Shown: positions 12,245 through 25,887, numbered from the stretch's first letter. The stretch: 64,000 bases of DNA from Octopus sinensis (GCF_006345805.1 NC_043021.1:18166001-18230000), one strand, 5' to 3'. Made by a program: numbers and translations. Notes: a model not told the origin generated them from the letters alone.

Positions 12245-12860
12245 ATAATAATAATCCTTTCTACTATAGGTACAAGACCTGAAATTTTGGGTAGGGGATA
12301 GTTGATTTCATTGACCCCAGTGTCTCACTGGTACTTAATTTATCGACCCCCGAAAGGATGAAAGGCAAAGTTGACCTTGGTGGAATTTGAACTCAGAACG
12401 TTGCAGCAGATGAAATACCACTAAGCATTTCGCCCGGTGTACTAACAATTCTGCCAGCTCGCCACCTTAATAATAATAATAATAATAATAATTTGTAATA
12501 TAGACATGGGTTTTGAAATTTGGTGGAGGGATGGAGTTGGTTAACTTGATTCCAGTACTTGTTTCATTGAACCTGGAAGGATGAAAGGCAAAGTTGTCCT
12601 TGACAGAATTTGAACTCAGAACATACAGGACCATGTTTAAATACTGTAAGACATTCTCTCTGTCACTCTATTGATTCTGTCCAACGTCAGTAATTTGGAA
12701 GATAAGTTAGTTGATTAAATTGACCCCAGTACTTGACTGGTACTTCAGTTCTTTGATCTTGAGGGAAGGAAAGGTAAAGTTGACTTCATTGGGATTTGAA
12801 TTCAGGTGGTAGAGAGCCAGATCAAATACCACAAGGCAGTTTGTTTTATGCTCTAACCCT
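12245..12860 (-). mobile_element. Three further family C SINE copies of increasing divergence
   Basis: Core motif at about 12355, 12580 and 12770. Confidence 0.75.
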
Positions 12861-13572
12861 ATTTATCTCTCCCTCAGTGGTCCAGAACAGGAAATGGGTC
12901 TGACAAGTTTATGAAATGCTCATCAGTTAAACATTACTTATTGAGGTGAATTATACCTAATGATGGTACCTATCTACAGCTAGATGTACTGAGTCATTGG
13001 AAGTTAAGATTCTTGGTCAGGGGCACAGAACAGCATCTATGATGCCACAGACACTTGGCTAGCACATTGGGCTTCTCAGTGCCATGGTCACTGGCATAAC
13101 CCCTAAATTATTCATCCAGGCATGAAAGCAGGTTAGGGCACTGTCCCTCCTCATATTAATTTGCACAAAAATAAAATATAGAATAACAAATATTGTTGCT
13201 ATCTTTTTTTTTTCAGATTTTTGAAATTGTCTCAATGATATATTGCCAAAACTACACTCCACCCTATTCCTTTCCTATATGATTAAAGACTAGCCAGTTA
13301 TGACCATCCTATGTCTTTGTATACCAGGGATTATGTTATCAAATGTGTCCTTTTTAAAAGAGCGTAGGGTATCATTTGATAGGGATTAAGCATTAATGTC
13401 AACAGTATGGAGTATCATAATATCTTTGTATCTTATACATAAGGAATTTGTCATGCAAAGAGGAGTGACTGTTGGTAGTCATGGTAGTGGTGTTGGCTGT
13501 AGAGACAAGGATGATGATGATGAAAGGGAGTAGGGGAGAGAATTTTGTTATTAGAGTTGTGGTGTAAGTTAA

Positions 13573-13783
13573 CCCTTTAGAATATAAACTGGTTACATCT
13601 GGTTCAAATGTTTTTTTATGTTCAAACTGGACAGATCTAGTCTCTTACACTTACCCTACAATGTCATTCTAAAATTAAACAATCCCGATCTCAAAGCTAC
13701 GAGATAATGCACGACTAATTGGAAACAACATGAATAAATAATTATTAAACGTGACGACAGAGTAATCCCTGAATGCTAAAGGG
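13573..13783. mobile_element. piggyBac-type MITE
   Basis: TTAA|CCCTTTAG...GCTAAAGGG|TTAA; TTAA at 13569-13572 and 13784-13787; four related copies in the window. Confidence 0.85.
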
Positions 13784-13785
13784 TT

Positions 13786-14250
13786 AAGGTGGTGAGCTGG
13801 CAGAATAGTTAGCATACTGGACAAAAATGGTTAACGGCATATGTTCTGAGTTCAAATTCCATCAAGGTTGACTTTGCCTTTCATCCTTTCAGGGTCGATA
13901 ATGTAAGTACCTGTTTCTTTATTACCCACAAGGGGCTAAACATAGAGGGAACAAACAAGGACAGACATAGGTATTAAGTTGATTACATCGACCCCAGTGC
14001 GTAACTGGTACTTAATTTATCGACCCTGAAAGTATGAAAGGTAAAGTCGACATCGGTGGAATTTGAACTCAGAACGTAACGGCAGATGAAATACCGCAAA
14101 GCATTTCGCCCGACATGCTAATGTTTCTGCCAGCTCACCGCCTTTGTAAGTACCAGTGGAGCACAGGAATGGGGGTGGGGGTGGCAATGTAATCAACTTA
14201 TCCCTTCTCCTAAAATTGCTGGCATTGTGTCAAAATTTGAAACCATTACA
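13786..14250 (+). mobile_element. Older family C SINE interrupted by a younger antisense family C copy
   Basis: Head AAGGTGGTGAGCTGGCAGAA; the host resumes after 14154. Confidence 0.8.
13912..14144 (-). mobile_element. Younger full-length family C SINE nested in the opposite orientation
   Basis: 10-bp TSD TGTAAGTACC at 13902-13911 and 14145-14154. Confidence 0.85.
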
Positions 14251-16522
14251 GCTGTTGTGTAGGTTGGTGGTGGCGGTGGTGGTGAGTAAAATTTGGAATA
14301 AACGCTTAGACATGTGTCACACATCAATGATTTCAACTTTGATATGCCAGATTATAATGAAGCTTAAACTCTGAAGATTTTATGGAAGACAGACATGTTT
14401 TTTTAGTACAAAATAGAGACTGATTAAACTTTCATAAAATTAGTTAAAACAAAATCTGATTGATTTAATTTTATTTTCATTATACATTGTCAGACACCTT
14501 GAAAAATTAGCTGACATTTAAATTAAACATGAACTACAATATGTTGATATAACACTACTTATATGTATTCTTAGATTTTGTGGTGATTTCTCAGAGAAGA
14601 TGAAAAATTCCTGTTTTCCATAGTAGTGGTAGTGATGGTAACTGAAATTTATATTTTGAAAAATTGTCTCTGATTTAATGCATGGCTAAGACTGAACTTA
14701 ACGATTCTCTTTGTAAATTTCAACATTTAAAAAGTGACTGTTACATTGTTTATTGGTGGCAGTGATGGTGGTGGAGGAGGTGGTATTTGTTTCTTTGTTG
14801 TCGGAGTGGTGGTGGTGTTGGTTTCTAGTGGTAGTGGCAGTTATAGGTAGTAGTAGTATAGCTATAGCAACATTGTTCTCTTTTCTTTTTTTTTTCTTTC
14901 TTTTTACTATTCATTACAGTGATTTTATATAACGAAGATAAATTTCCACAGATTTGACTTGTTCATCTAAATGGTATAGAATATTGATTTAAATGGCATA
15001 AAGTATTGATCTAAATGGTATAGAATATTGATCAAAATAGTAAAAGTTAGTTCCTTTTTTGTTCTGAGTTCAAATCCTGCTAAAGTGCTTTATCCCTCTA
15101 TCAGCAAAAAAGTTAGTACCAGTTATGTACTGTGGTTAATTCAATTAACTGTCTCTCCCTGTCTTTATGTGGAAAATTAATTTTACATGGGTCTACAGTG
15201 AAGTGTCTATACAATCACCGGACCTGCAAGAAATAACAATCAAAGTCCTTTGAAACTGCACTTTACTATACTTAAAAATAAAGGACTTGTGTAGTTCCAG
15301 ATAGTTTGTTTGAAAATAAGAGAGATAGCCGTAGATGGAATACTTTGGTAATAGAGGTTTGCTTGATCAGATTTGACCTGGGTCGAAACTACTAAATTTA
15401 TATTGAAATCGTTAATCTTCCAGGCTATTAACCTCATCGTTAGAGTTTATATTTATAATATATCTCCACTTATCTGTTTCAATGAGTTTAATCTACAGTC
15501 ACCATCATCGTCGTCTGAGCATCAAACTGATCAATAAATAGTGTAAATATACACTCTAACTATGAAGTTATTGGCCCGGAAAATTATAATCTTGTTATGA
15601 CTATCTTGTTGCTGAAGACTGTGTTTTTGGAATTGCTTTCACCTCATTCTTGGCAGTCATATCATTTATTTCCCTCCGAATGTTCCTTTAACTCCAGTTA
15701 GATATTCTGTAAAGAACAGGAATTGTATTTTATTTTATTTTATTTTTTTCTGTTTGATCAAAAAGAAGACAACATTATTGGCATAGTGGATGTGAAGGCT
15801 GTCAATCAGTTCTGCTAAGCACGCATAAGCCTATACAACAAACACAGCAGGCTTTCTTACTCATATTTCACACATACACCTACAAATTCTTCAGTTCACA
15901 CTAAACACATCAAGCTTTCTAAGCCATTTCACACATACAACTCCACATTTTTTGTATTCTCAGGAGCCAAAATTGACTGATCAAGTTACAGATGAACCAA
16001 TTATTTCATCTATTGATTTTGTCCCTCACCTCTCTGTCTCTCTTGATTTGTGTCTTTTTTTAATTTTTGTTTTTGATATTGGCATAAAATATTGGTACAG
16101 AAGAACAGTTGTAGAACATTTAAACTGTGAACCACATCTTTATTGCAAAAACAAAATGTCCAAAATAGACATAATAGCTTGCAAAGTAAATAGAGCTAAT
16201 AGTTTGAAAAAAAAAAAAAAAAAGAAAGAAAGAAAGAAAGGTAGCAAACTGATCCTTGTATTGACTAGTTGTTGTCTGAGGAAAGAGTTCACACCCAAGC
16301 ATGAAGTGTCTGGGGTATAACCCTAAATTACATTACTCACTTATCTAATGCCATTATCTCTCAGCTGTACAACCAATGATATATTGCACCTATGGAGTTT
16401 TATGAGTTTCCCAAACATTGAAGCTAGGTTATAAACTGAATTATATTGTTATATTAAATTAATATATACATACTTGTTTATATATATATATATATGAAAT
16501 GTATGTGTTTGTAAATGTTTGG

Positions 16523-16710
16523 TAAGTACAGGCATGGCTGTGTGATTAAAAAGTTTGCTTCCCAACTGTGTGGGTTTAGGTTCGGTCTCATTGAGCAGCA
16601 CCTTGGGTAAGTATTTCCTAATATTGTACCAGGCCAACCAAAGCCTTGTTAGTAGATTGGGTAGAGAGAACTGAAAAAGGTCCATCATACATGTGTGTAT
16701 GTGTGTGTGT
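16523..16710 (+). mobile_element. Family A SINE, degenerate 5' half
   Basis: GGCATGGCTGTGTG head and CACCTTGGGTAAGT core; ends in (TG)n. Confidence 0.7.
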
Positions 16711-17137
16711 TTACATTTGCACTTCTCTGAAAGCACTGAGCTGCATGCAATGATATGTTGCCATTTTCCATGTCTACAAAGCATCTGCTGGCTTTGCATC
16801 TTCAAAGATGTGTGGAATAAGAGATCTCTTGAAAAGCTGGTAAGAATTAGCAACAGGAAGCATATCTGGCTCTAATGCAATACCTCCATAATACATTTGT
16901 CTAACCTAATCAAGCATGGAAAAAGGGACATGTAAACAAGTGAATTATAATTAATATCTTTAGCTGAATGAAATTTTGTAAGGTGGTGCATATTGCCCAG
17001 AGTTCTTGTTATGTAAAGTTGTAACGTAGAGGAGGTAATAGAAATTGATTCTGAAATAAGCACTGTGATCAAATATTATCATAAGATGATGTATGCATAC
17101 AGCCATTATGTTCAAAGACATCATATATGTGTGTAGG

Positions 17138-17184
<47 letters not shown>

Positions 17185-17397
17185 AACATATATGTGCACA
17201 TGTACATGTCTTTCTATCATATGTGAGCACATGAAACCGTGTTTTTACTCTATCAAAATGGTTGAGTTACCTCTATCACTGGAACTATGATTGAATAATG
17301 GGGAATATATTCAATGGGGAATATATTCATATGAAATCATTGATATTAATACTACTTTATTTCATTTAATTTGCCACAATGTTAATACTACTATTAA

Positions 17398-17687
17398 CCA
17401 CCCGAACGTGGCCGTTGCCAGAGCCGCCCTGACTGGCTTCTGTGCCGGTGGAACGTAAAAAGCACCATCCGATCGTGGCCGTTGCCAGCCTCGCCTGGCC
17501 TCCGTGCCGGTGGCACGTAAAAAGCACCCACTACGCTCATGGAGTGGTTGGCGTTAGGAAGGGCATTCAGCCGTAGAAACATTGCTAGATCAGACTGGGC
17601 CTGGTGCAGCCTTCTGGCTTCCCAGACCCCAGTTGCATCATCCAACCCATGCCAGCATGGAAAGCGGACACTAAACGATGATGATGA
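17398..17687 (+). mobile_element. Family D retroposon with duplicated 5' module
   Basis: Two copies of ...GTGCCGGTGG(C/A)ACGTAAAAAGCACC; (ATG)n tail; possible 6-bp TSD TATTAA at 17392 and 17688. Confidence 0.85.
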
Positions 17688-17832
17688 TATTAAATGAAAT
17701 TATTCATCCACCAATGTTGGCCACTTGCTCTTTATATTCTGGGTCTCCATCATAACCCCTTCTCCTGGATCACATTACCTACTCTCATTGCCCTATCTTT
17801 TTGGCCATGTTGCCTTCACTCTATGTACATGT

Positions 17833-18204
17833 CTTTTATTCTTTCACTTGTTTCAGTCATTAGACTGTGGCCATGCTGGAGCACCGCCTTGAAGAATTTT
17901 TAGTTGAATGAACCTATCCCAGTAGGTTTTTTTTAAAGCATAGTACTTATTCTATTGATCTCTCTTGCCAAACCACTAAGTTACAGGGATGTAAAAACAC
18001 TGACACCGGTTGTTAAGCAGTGGCGACACACACACAGACACTCCCACACACACAACAAGCTTCTTTCAGTTTCCATCTACCAAATGCACTCACAAGGCTT
18101 TGGTCAACATGAGTAGTAATAGAAGACACTTGCCCAAGGTGCCACGCAATAGAACTGAACCCAGAACCATGTGGTTGGGAAGCAAGCTTCTTACCAGACA
18201 GCCT
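17833..18204 (-). mobile_element. Family A SINE, older near-full-length copy
   Basis: Both halves align with the copy at 1704-2118. Confidence 0.8.
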
Positions 18205-19189
18205 TGAATATTCTTATCACCTGTATTTCTTACCACTTGTCATTATCATTCATACCACTATCTTTCATGCTTCTATCACATTAAGAGTACATATATCTGT
18301 GGGATATCCAGCCACCTGTGAAGGCCTGAATTGGTTGGTGATAGGAGCAAGAGGAGGAGGGTAGCAACAGTCATTTGGGGTAGAGACAGGAAGGAAATGG
18401 TGGTCAGTAGCAGAGATGGACATAGCAAGAGTGGGTGATGGACAGGTCCTCTTTAGGAAAACTTGTATTATGTTTGCTTGATTGAGGATAACACTGCAGA
18501 AGACATCCCAGCCTCTTCCTTGAAGAAAGTAGAAAGACGGATAGAAGCAGACAGAGGAAAAAAGAAGGAAGGAAGACATGTTCTGTAGAAAAACACCCAA
18601 TGAATAAATATCTCTGTTAGTTGAATTAAGATGTGCTTTGTAAGGTTCTTGTGTCTCAGCATGTATATATATGTGTGTGTGTGTGTATAATAAAAACCAC
18701 AAAGAGCCTTGTGAAATACACGTATGTATATATGTATGTATATCTTCCCCTCCCTGGTAGAATGAATACACAGAGATTGAAAGATGGAGTTAGTTTTGTC
18801 TGTGAGAGACACTTCTCAGATTTCTCATGGATATTAGATTAATATCTTTGTTTATACATAGCTAAAAGGTTCTAAATTCCTGTCTGGAAACTCTGTATTA
18901 GCATTAACCATTTATAGAATCTCGACTACCCACTGTGAGACCATTTTCTTTGATAAGCTTTGCATTATGTTCCTCAATTGTTTAGTCATAAGGCAGCTGT
19001 TTATATCTTTATTTATAACTCACTTTGTAACAATTCTTTTTGAATATATTTTCATTATTATGCATGAGATATCCAATCAACTGAAAAATAAATCCATTAT
19101 GTCTTCTCAACCACCATAGCAACAACAACAACAATAAGAGCAGCAGCATCAATTATTATAACAGATGCAATAACAATATCAACAACAGA

Positions 19190-19331
19190 GTCTCTATGTG
19201 GCTGCTTGACCTGCTAGAACTACTAGTCAAATCTCCCACAAATCACTTCCTATCCTCTTTTAAAAGGTGACAGACACATTGGATGATGTCATTGTGGATA
19301 TCCAGAAAGATACAAGATGGCCACAGCTTGA
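19190..19331 (+). mobile_element. Family E short retroposon fragment, truncated by the adjacent family D copy
   Basis: GAGTCTCTATGTGGCTGCTTGACCTGCTAGAA...CAAATCTCC is shared with copies near 23300, 43050, 44580 and 49790. Confidence 0.55.
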
Positions 19332-19504
19332 ATCATCATCATCATCATCATCGTTTAACGTCCGTTTTCCGTGCTAGCACGGGTTGGACGGTTCGACCGG
19401 GGTCTGGGAAGCCAGAAGGCTGCACCAGGCTCCAGTCTGATCTGGCAGAGTTTCTACAGCTGGATGCCCTTCCTAACGCCAACCACTCCGCGAGTGTAGT
19501 GGGT
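19332..19504 (-). mobile_element. Family D retroposon, 5'-truncated
   Basis: Near-identical to 11972-12140. Confidence 0.85.
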
Positions 19505-21317
19505 AGGTCAGCTCATTCAGAATTAAATCTCAGTGCTAAACAACTAGACAGCAACAACCACAGCGGTAGCAACAACAACATCAATGGTAATCATAGCCAC
19601 AACAACAATAATAACAACAACAACATCAGTAACATCAACAATAACAAGAGCCAGTAGCAACAAAAACTTCTGATGTCACCGAAGCTCTGGGAGGCTTTTA
19701 AGGACCACTGCTTAGCCCTAGTTTCCTGACCTGAAGCAAATCAGAGATAAATCTGCTACCCCTGCTCCTTACACTTCTAGATTGGTCTCCATCTTGTTAC
19801 AAGTAAATATTTCTCCCTTGGCTTTTTGATCTTGTTTGACCTAAGAGCAACGCATGTACCCCAACTTGTGTACAGTACTGCCGACGATGACTCTGTGCCT
19901 ACATGCATGCCCTACCAATAATAGCCGTTAGTTCCTACCCCCCCCCCGCTTCTGTATACCTCCTGCAGCATTGGGCATGTCCTTCCATGCCATCCATGTT
20001 ATCTTTTGTTCTGAATTAGTCATGCTCATTGCACTGATTATTGATGCTGCTTGCTGCTGCAACATGACACAGTTTAAAACCACAGAACTGGAGAAAAGAA
20101 AGGAAAAAGAAAAAAACACACAGAACATTTAAAGCCGCAGCAGCAGCAGCAGCAGCAAGAGGCTAAGACATTGATTTTAATGAGTGTTAATTATTCTGTT
20201 ACATCGTTCAACTGTATCTCTATTAGCATCCAGTTAACATCTTCTGGCATTGATCCAAACTACTTTCTCGCACAGTATCTCACCTTGATCCACAACAATG
20301 CCTCACATCACATCACTACCTTACCACTCTTCCCTTTCCTCATCATCCTCCCCCCTCTCTCTCTCACACACACACTTTTCTCCCCCCCCCCCGCATTTTG
20401 GTACTACCCTCTCCCCTAACATCTCAATTCTCCACATTCCTTTGTCCCTGCATCTCACTTAACAACCCAGCCCCCACTTTCTCCCCCACCAACACACCTA
20501 GCATTATGACCTCTTTTTATTTTTAACTCCCACTTCAACCCTTCATTCCACTTCCCACACCTCACCATCCCAACACTCTTCCTCACTCCTACATACATTT
20601 TCCTTCCTCTTCAGCTCTCTCATAGTCATCCCTCTTCACCATCATCCTACCTCACTTATTAGCCACCCTGTTCTTCATTACTGATGTATTGAAGCCATAG
20701 AAAATGGGAGAAGGACCTTTGACTTTGCTTCTAATGAAGGATGTAACTGAGATTTTTAACTTTTATTACTAGTCAGAGGGGGAAGGACATGGATCAGTGC
20801 TCATGGATCCTTTTAGGGTTTTTTGTGAAACTTGTTAGAGGAAGGGACTAGGGACCTCATCTAAATGTTTGCAATAGAATGGATTCTGCTAACAGCACCC
20901 AAAGATCAGGTAGTGGTGTTAAACCAGGTAATGGAGTGCATCTATCCCCAAAGAATAAGAATGGTCCCTCTCAGAGACCTACACTATTTTCATCATCCAA
21001 ATTTCTTCAGGAAAGCTTTTAGTCAAAGACACTGTATCATAGTGCCATACAGTGGGTTTGCTTATGAAACCATATCGTACAGGTTGCTAACTTCTGTGGT
21101 TGACTTGGCATGCAAGTAAAACCTAATTATTGCTCAATATACCTCTTAGGTAACATCACAACGATGCTGATGATGTTTTGCTGTTCCTCCTTTGCTAAAG
21201 GAGATTGTCAGATATGTTGTCTTGACCCATTTGTTAGAAGTCATGTGTGCATCAGCAGGTTGTGACATTTGTGATGAGCCTTCCCCCCCACCCCCAAGGT
21301 TTTATATCAGACTTTCC

Positions 21318-21734
21318 GGATCTTTTCAGTTGGAATGGCAGTTTTTAACATAATTTCTAGGTATCTAAAAAATTTTTAACTTCGTATACTGGTAGAATGT
21401 GTTTATAAAACATCTTTTTCTCTTGGCTTTATTGAGAAAATTCTATAGTTTGTAAGATATTTGTTGTTTTTTTTCTTCAATTTCTGCAATTTCAACCAAT
21501 CACTGACGTCCATTGAGGTAAAATACATTCTGTGCCGTATGAATATGTCCCTCGTTTAAGAAACAGATTGGGTTTATTTAGATTTGTGAAGAAAAAAAGA
21601 TATCCTTCCCCCCACCCATAACCCTAACCCGAAAACAAATTGAAATGCAATAGATTGATTCTAGGGTCATAATTATAGGTGATAATTTCATATGACACCG
21701 CTAGAAAAAACTGCCATTCAAACCGAAAAGATCC
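21318..21734. mobile_element. MITE with GGATC-starting ~29-bp TIRs and 8-bp TSD (Merlin/hAT/P-type TSD length), copy 1
   Basis: GGATCTTTTCAGTTGGAATGGCAGTTTTT / AAAAACTGCCATTCAAACCGAAAAGATCC; flanks GACTTTCC and GAATTTCC (1 mismatch); highly similar to 29071-29497. Confidence 0.85.
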
Positions 21735-22464
21735 GAATTTCCTTTTAAACAAATGCTGCACTGGCAGCTTGGTAGGTATATAACAATCAAGTTTAAGGTG
21801 GTTCAGTCTGCAATGATTATACCTATTGGTACAAGACCAAAATTTCTTTAAGGTGGAATACATTCAATTGAGCTGATCCCTTTATATTCTTGATGGTAAT
21901 TTTATTTACCACCAGTGACTTAGCAAGTTTCCTATAGTAGGATCTAAACTCAGAACAGAGGTTCAGATGTTAATAGTGAAAGGTATGTTCTTTGGCACAT
22001 TACTGTTTTTGCATTGCATCATGCAACTCTGCTTTAAAGCCTCAAATTTATTGACTTTAGTTAATGAAGGGATCAGAATAAGGTTGATGAAGCCATCTTC
22101 AGTACATAACTGGTACAAGTGTCTTAATGACCTCCTCCTATTAGAGTGTGGGATAAAATTAACTACAACAGTATTCAAACTCAGAACAGAGGAGTATGAG
22201 ACTGCTGGGAAGTAACTGACAGCATGACCAGCCACCTGAGACTGCTCCACTGAATCAACTAACAATGTGATCAGTCAACCATATCTACTCACTGAACCAA
22301 CTGACTGTATCTGAAGCATCCTAGTTTTTTTTAGTAATTTTGATTCAAAGGATATTGATGTACAACATGGACTCTAACAAAGTGTATTGAGAAGATAATT
22401 GATGGAACTTATGCCAGAAAGCTTCAAGCTGCTCTGGACATCTCCTGGTAGGAAAGAACTTTTT

Positions 22465-22752
22465 TATTGTAATTTATCACCAATGTCACATGTCATCAAA
22501 GAAAGAAGAGCAAGATTCGCTGGACATTGCCGGAGAGTAAAGGATGAAATCATCAGTGGTGTTCTTCTTTGGGAACTGATTCACGGGGGTGCAAATGTCG
22601 GTAGACCACATCAAACCTACATAAAGCAAACTTTGAGGATTCCAAGTGCATCTGAGAAGACCTACCATGTGCAATGGTGGACTAACAGACTGGAGAGAAT
22701 GAATCATGGTGATCCATGCAGTAAGCATGACCTGATGATGATGATGATGATG
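22465..22752 (+). mobile_element. Degenerate 3' end of an RTE LINE
   Basis: ERRARFAGHCRRVKDEIISGVLLWE parallels RRVQFAGHCCRAEKEVISTLLLWK at 3.9 kb; (ATG)n tail. Confidence 0.8.
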
Positions 22753-22926
22753 ATTCAAAAAAGGAAGATAGTGCAGTGGTTCTCAGTAGGATTTGAACTC
22801 ATTACTGTAAATAGGTTGATGATGTGTTTGATGAATTTACAGTGTTACTGTTGCATGCAGCACCTAGATACAGTGAGGTGGACTGGGCTATTTTGAAGTT
22901 AAATATCTTGACCCATGGACAAAACC

Positions 22927-23079
22927 CAGTGCTCTGCAACCTTTTTCTTACTTGCGATACATTTATATTCTTTTCAAAATTTGGCGGCACACCTGAACTA
23001 AAAATATAAAAAAAGTATATTTGGGTTACACTGTGGCACACCTAGCATCGTCTCATGGCACACCAGTTGCGGAGCACTG
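22927..23079. mobile_element. hAT-like MITE
   Basis: TIR CAGTGCTCTGCAAC / GTTGCGGAGCACTG (1 mismatch); no TSD recognisable. Confidence 0.55.
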
Positions 23080-24117
23080 CACTGAAAAAACACAGTAGCC
23101 TAATTAATGTTAGGAGTGTGACTAATGAAATTGCATGATGTCTACCTATCTGCACAAAAATTTTTGTTGTTTATCCCCAGTTGGGCCCTGATCCAGCAGA
23201 CTTCCCCATCAAAAAAAATTTCCAGCCCTGCTCCTCTTGTCTTTCTTTTTTCAGACTTAGTCTGAAGACAGTAAGGTGCGAGTTGAAGATTTGGCTGCTA
23301 TTTCTATCAATGTGAACAGCCAGCCTCATAAGGGTTCCCCCATTGGCAGTGGTGTTGATGGTTTAAGTATTGCTACTGATGTGTTATTAATTGTTGTTAT
23401 TGCTCATATTGTTATGTCAACCTTTATTTAGCCAGACACACTTCAGTTGTGACCATCTTGTCTTTAATTCAGACAGCATCTTTGGTAACATTGTCCAATA
23501 TGCCCCCCTTTTTTTTTGTTTTTGGAGACAGTGGGGCGTTTGAATTAAGGGAGAGCAAGACGTGACTGCTATTTCTAGCAAGTTGATTGACCACATAGAG
23601 GCTCCCATATTAGTTTGCTGTTCAGAAATTTAGATGAGATCATTGACAGAGGAATGAAGGGTTTTTCTTTCACCTTTTCCCTCCCCCCACTGATTCATTT
23701 ATTCATCAGCATGCCCACCCATATACCCGTATACACCCTTCATCTTCTAGTTCCTTCCCTCCCATCCAATATACCCTATTTATTGTTCTGTTGTTTCCAT
23801 GGTTACCAACACACATCAACTGACATGAAAAACATTTTTTCACATCACTTGCTTAGATGAGAGATCAATTATAATCATGATTTCTCCCTTTCAGTGATGG
23901 TTGTGGCTTGGGGGTGGTCAGTTAGGGGGTGGGGTAGCCAGTTGGTGGGGGGTAACTGATCCTTGTCCCTAACTCTGCTTCCACCACCACCAACACCACC
24001 CCTTCCTGCTTCCTCATCTTCCTTCTCATTTTGTCATCTTTTCTACACTCTTCAGAAATGTAAGTAGCTGTATATGTTGTTTGTATGTGTTTATTTACTA
24101 TATATGCATGTGTTTGT

Positions 24118-24338
<221 letters not shown>

Positions 24339-24730
24339 AGAACTAAAATGACTGCTTTAATGGTTGAAAGAACAGTTTTATGGTCTGTGTTTGCTCAAGG
24401 TTCCTTGTAATTCCTTGCAGCAGTTTGAACCAGTTGCAGCAAGAGGTATTTTTCTGCAACATGTGTATAATAAGCACGACAACACTTCTCCTTAGAGTTG
24501 TTTACTATCCCTGAAACTATAATTAAGGCACACAACTTTTTCACATCTTCAGAAATATGTCTGGGAAAGCAGCTGCCAATCTTTTCATCACTAGCAATTT
24601 CAGTTACCCAGAGATTGATGGGGAAACTTTTCACTGGCCACAGTGCTGGGTTCAAACTGGCCTCAAGTAGTCATGTCTCCCTTAAGAGGTAACAATACTT
24701 TGGATCTGTTACTTACCACTGCTCCTGAAA

Positions 24731-25177
24731 CTATTGCCGGGCGAAATGCGTAGCCGTATTTCGTCTGCTGTTACGCTCTGAGTTCAAATTCTGCCCAGGT
24801 CGACTTTGCCTTCCATCTTTTCGGGGTCGATAAATAAAGTACCAGTTACGCACTGGGGTCGATATAATCGACTTAATCCCTTTGTCTGTCTTTGTTTGTC
24901 CCTTCTGTGTTTATCCCCTTGTGGGCAATAAAGAAATATATTATCAGTATCACTATTGCCGGGCGAAATGCGTAGCCGTATTTCGTCTGCCGTTACGTTC
25001 TGCGTTCAAATTCTGCCGAGGTTGACTTTGCCTTTCATCCTTTCGGGGTTGATAAATAAAGTACCAGTTACGCACTGGGGTCGATATGATCGACTTAATC
25101 CCTTTGTCTGTCTTTGTTTGTCCCCTCTATGTTTATCCCCTTGTGGGCAATAAAGAAATATATTATCAGTATCACTA
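24731..25177 (+). mobile_element. Two tandem 5'-truncated family C SINEs, 222-bp period
   Basis: CTATTGCCGGGCGAAATGCG at 24731 and 24953; both copies are followed by the same flank TATTATCAGTATCACTA. Confidence 0.9.
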
Positions 25178-25887
25178 CTGAAGAATCTTTAAGTGACTCT
25201 GATCCCCATATAAACATTGCCAGTCTGTTTCTTAGGGGCCAAAAGGAAAACTGCCACTGCTGCTAAACTGCTTGCTTTGATTGGAACGAAGCTGACTGGG
25301 ATTCCTTTCGTACTGGGTTACTGTACCCAGACTGGTTTTAATAGTACAACTCTGGAGATGTCAGTACTCTCCTTCAGCTTGTCGTTAATTCAATCCCGGC
25401 TTCATGCAAAACATTAGTCCCACGTAAATGTATTAGAAGCTTCAAAATTGTAATTTGGGAAACTGCAGCAGTCCACTTTGCCAGGAAAGAATGACAAAAT
25501 ACTGAACGTAAATACAGATTACATAGAAGTAGATGCAATGGAGCATCAAACCATATCAAAAACTGACAATACTTAAATTTGAATTATGCTTAGTAACCAG
25601 CATAGATGGTAAAGGCTTCTAGAAATATGTGCATTCAAAACAAGGGTCTTACTTTACAGTTGGCCCTCTGCAATTCCAACACAGATCATAAAACGCATGA
25701 TCCCCCAAAATGCACAGAAGTTATTACCAAATGCTATGCCGGTAATTTTTTGCTGAAGAAAATCCAAATGTCCCATTTACTCCGCTTCTGACATTTAATT
25801 CCTTAACATCTCTTAAATTTACTCCTGCAATGCTACAACATCACCTCAAGCCTATGTGCAACTATGCTTCATTTTGGTCTTGCTGAC

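Noticed and set aside
21619-21630. True telomere or chromosome-fusion site
   Set aside because: Only 2-4 hexamers, and they lie inside a MITE; the TTAGGG motifs at 52 kb are parts of 18-mers, not pure arrays.
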